Shown: positions 12,239 through 25,993, numbered from the whole stretch's first letter. The stretch is 63,472 nucleotides of DNA, filler included, from Rhabdomonas costata (GCA_019059605.1; 39 parts of 39 records of this genome joined end to end with filler, not necessarily neighbours in it), one strand, 5' to 3'. The notes: generated by a model not told the origin, from the letters alone. Numbers and translations are program-made.

Positions 12239-14418
12239 CTAACTCTCCAATTGCAGTAGCGGTGCAACGAATAGAGAAACAAAGGCAGTACGCACTAGGA
12301 CTCCACAACGCTGTCACGACCCTCACACTCCTGAGTGCGCAGCTGTAAGATAAAAAGACTCGGAACGCGCACGTTTCTGCGAACCGAAAGAAAAAGAAAG
12401 TCGGGGCTGATGTGACTTCTCCAGCAAACTGGAATCATGTAAGCCTTTCTCCACAATATTATGACACCAATCGGAAAATCAGCCCTGTCTAGAACAGCAG
12501 CTGCCCAGTAAAGCATCCCAGCATCAAAGGAAGCAAAGTAGGCCAAACCTGCCCTAAGATCGCGTGCGCAGACCGCAGAGCGGATTGTTCATAGGATTTG
12601 CTGAATTCACCGTAAATTGGCAGAAAAGCCCGCAGATAGGTCCAGAAAGCCCGATCGATGTGAACATCGGCAATGTCTCCGCAATGGCACGAAGCCCCTC
12701 ATCCTAGGACATCCCCAGAGTTCAGCGCTCCAGACAGGTAGCAAGAGTAGTCTACAAGGAAATCGCTTTATCGGGAATTCGTCAATAACTTCAGGGACAA
12801 TGACCGGACATAGTCCTAATCATCACAGCCAAGCGCCACTCTGGCGTGCTCCTACTTTGCAGTGGATGCTGCGCAGCAAGGGGCTGCACATTCCGCAGAA
12901 ATTCACAGTCAGGCTAGAAAAGCATATCCGCAGGTTACAAGACCCACNNNNNNNNNNNNNNNNNNNNNNNNNNNNNNNNNNNNNNNNNNNNTTAATTAAT
13001 TAANNNNNNNNNNNNNNNNNNNNNNNNNNNNNNNNNNNNNNNNNNNNTTGGTGGGGGGTGGGGTTCGACCCTCCGCAACCTGAATCGATTCGAATAAATC
13101 AATTCTGTCTTGAAAGGTTACAATAAGGGTTTTTATGCTGCGGGGGAGTCTGGAAAAAGCCAATCTCGAAATTATTTTCGAGAAATCCTCACTACTTATG
13201 TGTACAGTTATGCCCTAGGAGAGTTGTGACTTCGTGCAGTAGCTACCTCTTGAAGTGGGAATCAAGCTCGAGCTCGTTTCAAGAAAAAGACGCACCCCAC
13301 AGCTGGCTGTAGAATCTGCCCTCTGCTTCAGGTTCAGGAAGCAGCAGTGCCTCGGGGGTCCCCCGGAGGGGTGCCCCAGGTGCCCCCAATGCGTCGTTTC
13401 ACCAGTGGCTGAGGTACGCCCAGGACGAGGAGCACAGCTTTGGCTCCACAGCGGTGTGGGCAGAGGCGGTGCTGTCGCAGGTCCGCTGCCCCTCCCCTCT
13501 CCGTCTCTTCCTATGTCGCAGTGTTTCATAGAGACCGGTTCGCTTTTTTTTTGGGGGGGGGGGTCTAGGCTATATTGGAGACTTGAGGGATCGAACCACG
13601 GCCCTTATAGGCCCACTGCCTGTACGCTGGCTGGGCTAATATATGATGAAAGCTGTGCATGGGTGCTTAGTTCAGGTGTAGGTGCGATGTAATGGGCGTG
13701 CAAGGAATGGGGTGTCCTTCCGAGGCTCGGTTTCCCTTGGGGCCCGGTACGGATCTTTTGGACCCTACACAACCTATATTCGTGAGTTTCAACACCTCGC
13801 AAACCTCACTTCAACCTTTGTTTTGCTGTAAACGGAACCACACACTTATACATACTGCTGCACTAAAGCCGGTTATCTCGTGGTTTCCACGTTATTTTCC
13901 CGCTCACAGCTATCCCGTGCCACGAAATCTCTGCCGACTCCGAACGCTTTGCGCGTGGGGATTTGTTCCTTCCTGCTTACCAGGGTATTGCCTCTCTGGT
14001 TGACTTGCGTTGAGCGCTCTCACGGCATTTTCCCAATTTTGGTTGTCAGTATTGTTTTTCCACGATCCCGAATTACGTTTATTATCTTTTTCATCGCGAT
14101 GAGATGCAATCTTCTGAGGATTGCAGCCGCAGTGTGCGCCCTACGCAGACTCTCGGCAACTAGGTAATGATCCCACAGGAGTGCGTTAACTCCACAAAAA
14201 CCCTTTGCGTTTCTCTTCTGCTAGTCTCTTCTGTTCCCTTCTCACTGAGAGCCAGAATTGCTTGTCTCTTCTTTCTTTTTTATCTTTTTCTTTTTTTCTT
14301 CTTTTGCAGAAGTGGCGCAGCACAACGGACCCGAACACCACAACAGTGCACACATCGGAGAGCTGTGAATCCCGGATGATGCAACCTGCTTGCCCGTGTT
14401 TCTTGTTTTCCTTGTGCA

Positions 14419-14578
14419 GTTGTGCTCCCTGCTGTCGTCGGGGTACTGGGCAGTGCTGCGGCGGCTGCTGTGTGAGGTCTTCTCGGCGGTGTTTGAAGAC
14501 TGGGACTTGCTAGAGGTGGAGTTCCTCTCCCTGGCCGCAGGAGACCAGCTCTCGAAGGACCGCCCGCCCCCCCCCACC
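14419..14578 (+). CDS. Probable exon of a hypothetical protein
   Basis: Long pyrimidine tract + CAG, then GC3-rich codons for LCSLLSSGYWAVLRRLLCEVFSAVFEDWDLLEVEFLSLAAGDQLSKD. Confidence 0.4.
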
Positions 14579-14868
14579 NNNNNNNNNNNNNNNNNNNNNN
14601 NNNNNNNNNNNNNNNNNNNNNNTTAATTAATTAANNNNNNNNNNNNNNNNNNNNNNNNNNNNNNNNNNNNNNNNNNNNGGGGTGTGGGATACTCTGCTCT
14701 CCACAAGTGCACGACAACAAATAACGATCCCTTTGGGATTGAGGTCAGCGGGAGGCGCAGGTTCTCCCTAGAAAAAAAACGCGTAGCGAGCAACCAAAAA
14801 ATGATTACACTCAGTAATGCAACTTGTGCGTGGCGTGGCCTGATGTGCACAACGTGGTCTTTTCCCAG

Positions 14869-15583
14869 GTGCCTTGCTTACCAGCTGTTGGCCAAGAAGC
14901 CCAAAGACGCTGCGAACGGTATCCAAAGCATACACCCCCCTCCCAGGGAAAGACGAATTCAATTTCAAAATAAACGCTGGCACTCCGCTCTTGTTCCGTT
15001 TTACTACTCTTCAGGTCTGAATATACTTATTATTCTTTTGCGCATTGCAGACTGGATGCACGAGACGGGTGGCCCGTCTGACGAGATCAGTCGGTACGAG
15101 TTGGCCTTCTCGCTGCTTTTGCAGGGCAACGAGGAGCAAGTATGCATGAGCGAGAGGAGACACTCTTGCATTTAGTGTAAGTCATCCCAAGAGCCTTTTC
15201 TTGAAATATGATGGCAATTGCGCCTTCTCTTTTCCGCCACAAGCTCCTCGCTTAACTAACTACTCGTGCGGCCTTTGAAGTGTGAGAGCAGTTCATTGAA
15301 CTTTTTGAGTGGATAGAGAGAGCTGCATTCTGGAAATGTGCCAGAACATCTTTCCGTTTCCCCGCATTGAAGATCAGGTTGCATCAAGCGCGCCATGAAA
15401 ACTATATACTTGTGGGTGTTTGGTTTGCAGGCCCTGGCCAGTGTGGAGGAGCACATCCAGGCCAACCCTGGGGACCCCCTGGCGGTGAACCTGAGAAATG
15501 AGATCATTCAGCTGCTTGGCCAACACAACGGCACAGTATCGGCACGGCTGCCACCCTCACCCCCACCTCCTCCAAAAGGCTGA
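14869..15583 (+). CDS. 3' end of a TPR-like helical protein (exons 14869-14918, 15051-15139, 15431-15583)
   Basis: Phase-consistent GT-AG splicing ending at TGA 15581-15583. RYELAFSLLLQGNEEQALASVEEHIQANPGDPLA fits a TPR pattern. Confidence 0.55.
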
Positions 15584-16472
15584 GGTGGAGGTGGTCCCAA
15601 CAACAGAGACCCTTGTCCTAAGGCTCCAGAGTAAGTAAATAAGAGCAGGTAAATGACACCCGTGGCGTTCTGGAGCTGGTTTTTGAGAACTCAGAGTGAG
15701 TTGGTCTCCTGGAGGAGAGGCTTGTTTTTCTTCTGTGGTTACTGGCTTCTTTTGTTTACCTTTTGTGTCTCTCTGCTCACCCGCCCCAATCGATACCAGT
15801 CACCATTCTCCCAGGTGTTGTTGTGTGCATTTGTGCACCAGTGCCCCCATCAAAAAACATTGTTGCGCTCTCTACGTCAGCACAGCACGCTCACAACGCT
15901 TACTGTGCATTTGCTGACGCTCAGCGGTGATGTTACAATGACAAGCGGTGCTATGGTGCACCACGCGTCTCCTTGACTGACTTTTTTTGTTTTCTTTTGT
16001 TTTTTCTCTTTCGTCCACTGCTGCGGAGCCCACGTTCCTTGTCCCCATGTGGTGAGATCCAGTTCCACCTGCAACCCCGCATTGTCTTTCTGCTCTATTC
16101 TACTGAACTTTGAATTACCACGGGTGCCTTGGACTCCCTCCGTCTCACTTGATTTCTGGAAACTGCTGCTTTACTTTATCAGGTTTCAGACATGTTGCAA
16201 AACCACCNNNNNNNNNNNNNNNNNNNNNNNNNNNNNNNNNNNNNNNNNNNNTTAATTAATTAANNNNNNNNNNNNNNNNNNNNNNNNNNNNNNNNNNNNN
16301 NNNNNNNGGAGATCCGTGGTACAGGGCTGGAACTGATGAAAGCTGTGTCGACTACTCACCAGCCAAGAGATATCGCATCTAACCGAACAATCACGGCGCG
16401 AAAGGATCAGCTCGCACAATAAACAAAATGCCAAAAAGGATTCATAAAAGGTATAAAAGGTGGTAGCAGTAC

Positions 16473-16772
16473 GTCCAACTGAATGTCTGCCGCCTCTTGC
16501 ACCAGCGACTGTGACAGCCCGAAGTCCTCATCCGTGTTCCCAAGGAGGTTGGCCTTCCGGGCCAGGTAGTTCGCAATCGCCACGCTCTGGCCAAGCATCA
16601 GGTTGCCGTCCACCATGATGGGCAGCTGCCCAAACGGGCACTTCGCCTTCAGGTCCCCAGGCCAGTTCTCCGCGGAAACCGTGGTGAAGGTGAAGTCCAA
16701 CCCACCCGCACGGGCGACAAGAACGGGGAGCACCCTCCCCTTGACGGGAAAGTAGGTGATCTGGATCGGCAT
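16473..16772 (-). CDS. Glutathione S-transferase (sigma-like), first coding exon
   Basis: MPIQITYFPVKGR...LKAKCPFGQLPIMVDGNLMLGQSVAIANYLARK carries the GST N-domain motifs (catalytic Tyr, PFGQLP, QSxAI). GT donor at 16472. Confidence 0.93.
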
Positions 16773-19604
16773 TGTCAGAAAGAATCTGCTGTGGACTTTG
16801 CGAGTGTAAATGAACGTGGGAGCACGGAAAATCATACAATGGCTGGGGAGTCATTCCCACAAAACTTAGGCATCCGAGCATGCGTCACGCAAGCAGGTTC
16901 GTGAGGGTAGATCTGAAGTGGCCGACATGCGGAACTTCGGAACAGATGGACGCATTGATGAGTACACGCGACCAGATAAGAGCAGCCCCCCCCCCGGGGT
17001 GCTACTGGTCTGATACGGGGGGGGGGACTCCCGGTTAACAAACATGCTTTGATGGGGAAGTAAGTGTTCTGGTGATCGGCATTACAATAAACTAGCGCAT
17101 ACGTATGTGATGCCGGAAAAAAAATTGGGCGGGGACCTGCAGAAGACCCCGAAAGCAATGTTGTCGTCACATTTACAATCCAAACTCTGCAAGGGTCCAC
17201 AGAACCGCAGGTCCGAATTTCCGAAATCCGGAATCCCTGACAAGCAACATGTGCAATGCAAACGTCCGCCAATATTTCTCAATGGGCCACGTCTGATTAG
17301 CTTGCTTCGCCATTCTCCACTGCCGCTGCACCGGACCAGCAGGTCGTTTGAAAGCCTGAGCCCAGCGTGGAGCAACGATACGAATAGATCGCAGTCTCGC
17401 CCCCTCCCCCCTTCCTCAATCTAGCGTAAGGCGTAAGGAAACCACAACCAACTGTGGAGCTTCCTCTGGACAGAAGGTACGATGACCCTGACCCTCAAGC
17501 TTTGTGGAAGGACTGTTTGGAACTGAAGAACGGTGGCAAACGGAACCTCACGAGCAACGCCCTGAGGCCACCGCCCACCTCACAAGTGGTCGCCCTCGTC
17601 CGTCTTCCTTATCTCACTCTCTCGTTTCTGGCGGCAAACGGAATGCCCAAACTGGTGAACAAAACCCCCACCGAGCATACCATTCTCCCTAAAACTCCCA
17701 TCTTCCGATTTGTTGCACAAAAATGTAGCGACCTTTCCGAGCTGCGAAAAGGAGAGAAAGAGTACAGCCTCACAACCCCATATTGGCGGCAGGGGACTTC
17801 GCGTCACCCAAACCAACCCTGCTCGGCCCCACCCCCCCNNNNNNNNNNNNNNNNNNNNNNNNNNNNNNNNNNNNNNNNNNNNTTAATTAATTAANNNNNN
17901 NNNNNNNNNNNNNNNNNNNNNNNNNNNNNNNNNNNNNNGGTGGGTTGGTGAGGGAAATAGTTGAATGGTTTTTTCTTGCGCCGCGGTTGGACTCTGCGGC
18001 CGAAGCATCTTCAGGTTGCTGCCAGGATGCGGGTTTTTCACCGGCTTTTACCACCGATATTTCAGTATCCAGCCTTCGCGTAGGATTTCTCCTGATTCGG
18101 GTTCGGCAAAACGACGGCAGGCAGCATGGCTTCTTTGGAAGGGAAAAGGGGGCAATCATACATTCTTTCACTGGGTTCTTATTGGGTTCGGCCCGCCGGC
18201 AGCAATGAGAACCTATGAGAACCAATGAGTAACTCAACGCTCGCAGGTTGGGACACGAAAGAGGGACACCAACTTTGGTGTTTGCAGGTTCGATTTTGAA
18301 AAACCAGGATCTACCTCCCGGAAGCAAAGCGGAATCCACCAAAGAATTCTGAGAACTGTGCACAACAGAAGTCAGCAATTGGTGTGGTAAGTGACCTGAA
18401 ATATCCCCAAGGCCAGAGAGGCAGAGGTTCCACAGGCACACGCCCACATGCCCCACGCCGGCAGAACCCACACAGCTATTCCTTCTGCACGCCGCTGCTC
18501 ACAAACCGCTGCCAACTCGCAACGGAAAGAGTTCACGAAGAGCAGAAGGCACACTCCTTACCGGGCTCCACCCAACCCTACCCCCCACCTTTGTACCCCT
18601 TCTCTATTCTGTTGGCACCCTTTAGAAAGGCGCTCCATAGCGGTCCTCTCTCCAACCCATGTGCAAAAGCACGTGTGAAGGTGTGTAGCCTGTCACGATG
18701 AAATCCAGAGCAGCGTCTGCCAAGCCAGCACCCGGAACGAAGTAGGACTGTATCGGTCGGAGAAGAACAGCTGAAGAGTGATGAGAGCCCCCCACGGGAT
18801 GGGAAGGTCTCCACTTCAGAAGGAGAGGAAGGTGAGGGTGTGAGAGGACGCCAGCAGGACGGGGAGGAGGAAGAGGCAGCCAGGCACGCACGACAAGCAC
18901 GACAGGAAGGGAGCCCTAGTCCACACAGGCAGAGCAAGCAAAAAGGCACGGAAGGACAGGGCAGGGGAAGATCGGGCCATACAAACCCACGCCACCCGAT
19001 GTGGAAAAAAGTGGCGAAGCGTTGACTCCGCCCAACTCTCACCCACACACACCAAACAAGCAAACAAGCACACAAACAAAGAACGCACACGGGCCCGACC
19101 CCCACCTGGGGAGTGGACACGCTTCAACCCACCGGAAAGCGCCCGCTCCCGACCCCTCCGATTTCCGGACTAACGCACTGTGGACACCACCGTGGACTGG
19201 GCCTGCCCGGAAGCTTACTCCAAGTGTTGGGCAAACTGTAATGAGAAAAGGTGCCAGAAGAGAGAATAGAGAAAGCAAACAAAGAGTCCAGCGAAAATCC
19301 CCCAACAAGATACTGCGTTGGACTGATCCAAGCGCAGCACCTTTTCCCGACACTCGCCTCATGAGCACATTTTCAGCTGTGACTCTTAAATTAGCCGAAG
19401 GTTGATTTAAAGAATCGGAGAAAATGAAGAAGCAGGATGGCAAAGCAGCAAAACTAACACCACACAAAANNNNNNNNNNNNNNNNNNNNNNNNNNNNNNN
19501 NNNNNNNNNNNNNTTAATTAATTAANNNNNNNNNNNNNNNNNNNNNNNNNNNNNNNNNNNNNNNNNNNNGAGAAGAGAAACGTGGCGGAATGGGCGGTAC
19601 GAGC

Positions 19605-19706
19605 CTCCCAGTGCATGCTGGACTCCTGGAACAGCGTCTTGGGCTTCTCCGTGCGGAATAAGATCCAGGTGCGCACCAGCTTCTGGAAATCCTCCTCTGT
19701 GTAGCT
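19605..19706 (-). CDS. Exon of insulysin/peptidase M16A (C-terminal domain)
   Basis: SYTEEDFQKLVRTWILFRTEKPKTLFQESSMHWE resembles the recalled IDE segment MTEEAFQKHIQAL...LDKPKKL..E..KYW. CAG acceptor; the donor is probably GC. Confidence 0.65.
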
Positions 19707-20480
19707 CTGCAGGTAGGCCTGTGGGATGATATACAGGAACGGAACGAATTCGGGGGATTCTTCGAGGACAACGAGGTTCTGAACCGAGCCCTCTAGTTTT
19801 TCCGGACCCTAGGCGACATGTATATGAAACAAAATTTGCAATCATTGAAGTCAGTTTAGTTTAGCACGGTCAAGAAAACCCTGACTAATTAATGATATTT
19901 TCTGGCGTGACACGGTTAATGTCCTACCGTATTCTCCCGACCCGCGGTAATGCTTTCAGCCAAAAATTTTGGATTTCGTGACACTCTAGCAACGCGGTGG
20001 AGCGTCCAGAGAGGTCCAGAGAGGGTGCCAGACTTTCACGCATTCTTTAGGAAGGGGTCGCAGAGGACGGTCGCAGAGTTCTGGGAAGAGAGGAGTTTGC
20101 ACTGAGCACAATACAGGGGCCGACCCATGCCCCTGCACGCACAACACGGACTTTGGGATTGGCCATTCGCGGTAACAGTCGGATGTCAGTCCGGAGACTG
20201 AGCGCTATATGAATAATTCCCCAAACCCAGCGTTCATCGGATATTGGCTGTTGCGGTGTGAGCTTGGGGTCTTTCCAAGTACGTTGTAGCGAAGGCAAGG
20301 GCTGCGCGCCAGGGATAGAGCTCAGCGATTGCGGTCTTGTTAGTGGTTGCTGGGCAAGTAGAGAAGCCCCTGCTTCCAGCGGCTTCCGCTTGTTAGCGAC
20401 AAGTACACTAACAGGCTGAACTGCCGAGGAGGAGGATCCTCACGCTGCTGAGCGAATCGGCATCTCTTTACACCGATCGG

Positions 20481-20640
20481 GTTTTGACAGGACGAGGCGG
20501 CTTCCCGCTGCTGTCTGCAACAGCCCTTCCTGGGAAGGTGATCTCCAAGGGGGTGATTTACCCTGGTCACCTCGGTCAACGAACCTCTTCCCTTTGGATT
20601 TCTTCCTGTGGGGCTATCTCAGGGGGTAAAATTTGCTCAG
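20481..20640 (+). mobile_element. Tc1/mariner (rosa/DD41D-like) transposase remnant, C-terminal DDD region
   Basis: Frameshifted peptides F*QDEAAS ... PGKVISKG ... LPWSPRSTNL ... SPLDFFLWGYL match the family motifs FQQDGA..H and WPPRSPDLTPLDFFLWGYLK. Confidence 0.8.
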
Positions 20641-21200
20641 CCAGTCCCCACCCTCCGCGTGTCCGGGCAATCGCTAGCCTCCCTTTTAATCTTAAAGCGG
20701 GGTCGCGTTGTTGTGTTCGCGTGGCGGACACGTGGGGGTGCTGCTAGGCACAGATTCCTGTCTCTTTCTGCATCCACCTATCACTGAGCAAGCTCTCACT
20801 GTTTCATCACGCCAAAGCGTGAACCTCAAGTCCGTGCCAGGAATATCCACAAAGTGCTGCCGCGCTACCCCGTATTTTACGTGAGTAATCCTAAAAAGCA
20901 CATCGCCTAAAATGCGATACCCCCGGTAGAGAAGTACAACATAAACACAGAAAGGTGATTGGCAAGGCAAAAAAAAGAAGGTTCACTGAATTTGCTGTTT
21001 CATACACCGCACTACTCCAGAAACAACCACTCCATATGCAGGACAACAGCACCACCCCCAGTGACCTCCGAGGCGTCGAGGGCTCCGTATATTCGTGCAA
21101 NNNNNNNNNNNNNNNNNNNNNNNNNNNNNNNNNNNNNNNNNNNNTTAATTAATTAANNNNNNNNNNNNNNNNNNNNNNNNNNNNNNNNNNNNNNNNNNNN

Positions 21201-22569
21201 CGCTGCTGACCCCACCGCGGCCACCACCCCACTGCAGAACTGGGAGGCGTTGAAGGTGTCCACTGTGCCTGCCGCCACAACGCTCATCTCCACCGTCACT
21301 GTGTGCGTGGGGGCGAGAAAGTCTAACTCACAAACGGCAAACTCGCGTCATTACAACGAAAGCACATGTCGTTTGTTGAATGTCGTCTGGAACAAGCACA
21401 TCTTGCCCGCTGGTGCACAATTGTATGAGTTGTAGGATTTTATTTGGCGGAAGGCGATAGGGGGGTATATGACTTTATTTGGGGGAAGGCAATTATTTGG
21501 GGGAGAGCGGAGCGGTTCGCACGGAGGGAGCCGAACGTAGCGTAGCGAGGCGTCATACTCGGACAACACTCGTCGGTTGTTGAATCTGAATTTTCAGCTT
21601 GCTGGAGACAATGATATACAAAAACACCTCACCGACGTTGTCCACCCTTAGTCGATGTCTGGGCTTTAGAATCGCAGCTCGTCGTCCCCACGTGTCCACT
21701 TCGCCTTCAACTAAAACACTCGTCATTGCTGATTGGTTGGCTCGCTTGCGGGCATCCGGAGCTTGACGACTTCATCGTCGTAAAGTACTGTGATTCCAGT
21801 GCCATCAGGAAAAATCACAACATGACGTCTGTACATCCTGTGGAACCTGGAAACCTGGAATCGGTGTGCAGAGAGGAGGGCGCTGTCGCCACCGTCCTGC
21901 AGACCTCCTTCTCGGATGGGGGACCGGGCCCAGTGACTTAGCTTCAATACTTCGACAACGCTTCGCTGCCTCACAACGTCTTCCAGCCACACAACAGAGA
22001 CGCAGTTCCTTTCCTGTGTCGACCAAGCCACGTTGCTGAAGATCCGGAAAAACAAGGCACGACTTTTGGGAAGTTTGGGATTTCCTCCCAGTGGCTATGA
22101 TCAGTTTTCACAAAAACTAACCAATGGGTGCACCCACGCGCTCAGCAAGCCAAGCGCAAGTAATGAGAAAGGAGGAGAACTGTCCAGAGTAGACCCAAGA
22201 AGACCAGACCAAGCTGTATGCACACACCGACGGGCAGGCACACAGCGGAGCTCCAGCTACCATTGGCGCAGAGGAAGCTGGATGATGGCAGGTAGCCTGC
22301 GCGCAGGAAGAAGGGAAGCAGCAGTGCGGCCCACAAATGTTTAGCTGTTCGGATTGGTGGACGGTAACCACGACAAAATGGACAGAAACGAGACATAAGA
22401 GCCTGCAGGAGAGAGGCACTCGGGTGAGGAGGGCACACGGGCACACCGGAACTGCAGGTCGCTGCGCAGGCCCCGCCCGAGGGTGTGGGCAGGGAGCATG
22501 CTGGTGTCCTCAGGGGGTCTGCCGCCACGGGCAGCGACGTGCACGGGCTCGCACTTCTGCTGGCGTTGG
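21201..22569 (-). CDS. Cys-rich extracellular protein with a sushi/CCP-like module (exons 22569-22447, 22296-22228, 21298-21201; partial)
   Basis: Phase-1 GT-AG junctions give PCTSLPVAADPLRTPACSLPTPSGGACAATCSSGYLPSSSFLCANGSWSSAVCLPVVTVEMSVVAAGTVDTFNASQFCSG. The pattern C..GY....C.NG.W...C is sushi-like. Confidence 0.55.
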
Positions 22570-24702
22570 CTGGAAAAGAAAGCGGAGGAAGTCGTAGCAC
22601 CACTCCCACTTGAAAAGTGCCCAATTCCAAGAAAGCGGGCCGAAGCCCTGCCGATGCCTCCCAACAAAGTGATGGCAACTCGTCATCAGCTCGAGCTGTG
22701 CGTCACGACTTGCCTTTTCCACCACACCACANNNNNNNNNNNNNNNNNNNNNNNNNNNNNNNNNNNNNNNNNNNNTTAATTAATTAANNNNNNNNNNNNN
22801 NNNNNNNNNNNNNNNNNNNNNNNNNNNNNNNGTTGGTGGGGGTCCCAATGGTCAAGGTCTTGCGCCCCTTAGATGGGGCAGATCCCCTCCTCAGTTCAAG
22901 GGTCGTCCCGCGTTCTACCTGTATGCTCACTTTCTTTCTGAGGAGATGATCGCTGCGCAAAAGAATCCTCTTCTGCTCAAGTGGAATGGTGTGCAAAATG
23001 TGAGTGGGGGACGGTGCAAGCAGTGGAACGCTAGGGCACAAGCCAAATTCACGTCGTAAAACGGAAGGAGCAGAAGTCCAGGTGGATGCTCCACAAACGA
23101 AACATCAGCAGAAATTTCCGCGCATATACCGTTTGCCGGCTACCATTACCATGCATAAATCTCGAACACCCTGCACAGCCATGTTGGGAGGCAGCAACAT
23201 TTACAAACAAAAGTGTCAAATAATCAGGTCACAATGCAAAAAAGTTTGGATTAGATTGTTTTATCAAAACGAATAAAAACTGCCTGTGATGTTTCCCTTA
23301 GCGTTCCCCAGAAACAAATTCTAGACACAGATTGATCCCAATCGGTTTGCCTTTGGCTAAAACGAAAACTCGGCCCTCCATTCTTCGTGGTATGCTTGAG
23401 CAAATCGGATGGTTCTGTGTGTTATGCGTGCGGCTCTAGTGGTGTGAAAAGTCAGAGTTGGAAAGGAGTCTGTTGCGCAGCGAGGTTTTCCTGTCTTGCG
23501 CTTTTCTAGCTGTATAGAAGGTATGCCAAGGTCTCCGGGATGGACCCCCCCCCCTCGCACCGTATGGGCCACAGGGAAGCTTCCTGTCCTTTGTGCTTGT
23601 TCTGCGTCGTCTGCCTTGGGCCGGGTGGCGCTGCAGGAGATTGTGGTGAGGAGTGGGGAGAGAGTGATTGAGTGAGGCAGCAAGGGCCCGTTCAATCCAA
23701 AAGCCAGGGCCCCTTCTGCCCGCATCCCCTCCCGGCCCCCACCATGGTCTCTCTCTTTTTTTGCGCATGGCACGCCAGTCTTCACACCGCTCTCTGAGTC
23801 TTTTGTAAATACCTCTTTTCTGCATTATGTTTGCCGCTTTTGTGGATTGCTGTATTTTAAGCTGGTCTTTTGGGGATTGTGGGTTGGGGCCTTTGGGTCC
23901 CAGGGAAGATGTTGGTGCCTCTGGCTTCTGTTTATTACCACTTTTTTCTTTCTTTTTTTGTGGATAACTGTTGCTGTCATTGGGGGAAGGGATGAGGTGA
24001 GTCCCATCACCTCTTGCTCACGCCAGTGCCGGTCCTTCTCCTCTCTATCACTCTGTAAATGAGGAGGCTGTGCATGGGCTCCCTCCTCTTTCCGGTCCAC
24101 TTTCTCTCTCTCAACGCTTTCTTTGTTAATTTTTGCTCTGCAACTCTCTCACCGTGTGCGTGTGTGTTTCTCTCTGGGTCTCCATGTTCGCTCAATTAAA
24201 ACAAGATGAAAAAAGATGAAAAATAAGGAAACTCCCTCGGAACGTTTGAACCGTACATCTACGGTTCTCGAGCGCACTGTGTTCGATACATGTGTGTGTG
24301 CGTCTGTGCTTGGATGGGATGTGCCCTTATGTACCATTTTTTGTTGTCCTCACACCCACACANNNNNNNNNNNNNNNNNNNNNNNNNNNNNNNNNNNNNN
24401 NNNNNNTTAATTAATTAANNNNNNNNNNNNNNNNNNNNNNNNNNNNNNNNNNNNNNNNNNNNTGTTGGGGGGGGGGAGAAACCAGCTGTCTAGGCTGTCT
24501 GGGTTTGTTGGAGAGTACGTTCCGAAGGAATCCTTCCTCACTGGTTTGCTTTACCTTTTTCCTTTTATTTTCCTCTCGACTTGGGGTTTGCCTTGCCAAG
24601 CCTTTTGCGCGATTGCGTGATAGCTTGGTACTCTTCATGGGAATATGCGGGTAACGACTCTCTGTGAACGCTTGGTTGCGTGAATGTGTGGTGGGCTCGC
24701 AG

Positions 24703-25054
24703 GCCATGGATGCCGGGGAGCAGCTGCAGGGCGCTGACCTCAGCGCGACGTACTACGCTAGAGTGAGCTCCAGCCAGGCTTTCCAGAGGGTGGTACGTGT
24801 ATGTGTCCACGCGTATGTGTCCGTGTGACTCTGACGGCAACACAGCGGGCGTAACTTCACCTTTGCACTCCGTGAAAAAGAACATGTCGCTCTTTTTTTT
24901 TTCCTTCGCAGCTTTTTTCCTTTTGCGAATTTTCGATTCCCACCATTCAGGCGGCATTCTGACTGTGCATAGGAAGAGAGAATTCACTCCATGCCCACAG
25001 GTCAGCAGCCTCCAGCTGGCCATCTTGGCGGAGTTTCACGCCTCACGGCTCTCC

Positions 25055-25086
<32 letters not shown>

Positions 25087-25993
25087 CTCCTCCTCGGCGT
25101 CTCTATCGTCGAGCTCGACCTCTGCGGGGGTGCAGTGGCCCGCCGTTGTGCACGTTGTGGTGGACTGCCGCCCTGCCGCGGCCCTGGACACCGCATGGCT
25201 CTCCGCCGCCCTGGGTACTCAGCACGCCTGAGAGAGAAGGGTGGGGGTTCAGCGTCTGATTAAGTTCGTGATCTACCCCGACAGTTTGCGAGGGTACTGA
25301 GGAGGGGTGGCAAGGGGTCTGCGTTTGCATTTGAGGGGACTCGCCGTGAACCCAGGTGCACCCTTGGGGCATCGTGGCGGAAGTCATGCTGCTGCAAGGT
25401 GTAGACAACGAACATCTTTTTCGACGTGACTGCCCGCCGTACCTGGAAATTTTCCCAGTTTCTGGCATGCCGGCTCTTCGATCCCTCAAGCGCCGCTTTG
25501 CCGTCGGTGCCCTCGGGGTATTAATGCATTATGCAGTAACAGCAGCGTCTCGCAAGGTGCGCAAGATCCGTGCACACCTGCGGCCTTGGACACTGCCTGG
25601 CTCTGCCGCCCTGAGTACTCAGCACGTTTGGCAGAGATAAAGTGTGTGGTTCAGTGTCTGGCTGTGTGGAAGGCGTGATTTTCCGCTGCACCTGATTGAC
25701 CCTGGATGTTTTCCTCACTTGTTGTGACAGTTGATGCGAGTTCTTTTTCGACTCTTCAAGCGCCGCTTAGCCCTCGATGTGTTAAACAACTACAGCCCCC
25801 CCACCTGCGCACCTGCAGCCGACTTGTCTTCACCTGTGTATTCTCCGTTGATCCGTTTCTGCTCAGCGGTGGTGGTGACGGTACTTGCGAAGACCGGCAC
25901 TGCGTTCTCCGTCAGCCGCGTGGACGCCTCGGCCCTCTCCGTGGTGAAGCCCGTGGGCGCTGCCCTCCCCCCGCACGCGGCCCAGGCTTGTGC
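24703..25993 (+). CDS. Hypothetical protein with poly-Ser tract (exons 24703-24792, 25001-25214, 25867-25993)
   Basis: Three AG/GT-bounded, phase-consistent, GC3-rich exons. (TCC)n run at about 25051-25095. Confidence 0.55.

Noticed and set aside
21723..22055. 110-aa ORF inside the intron of the sushi-like gene
   Set aside because: No recognisable family and no convincing splice boundaries.
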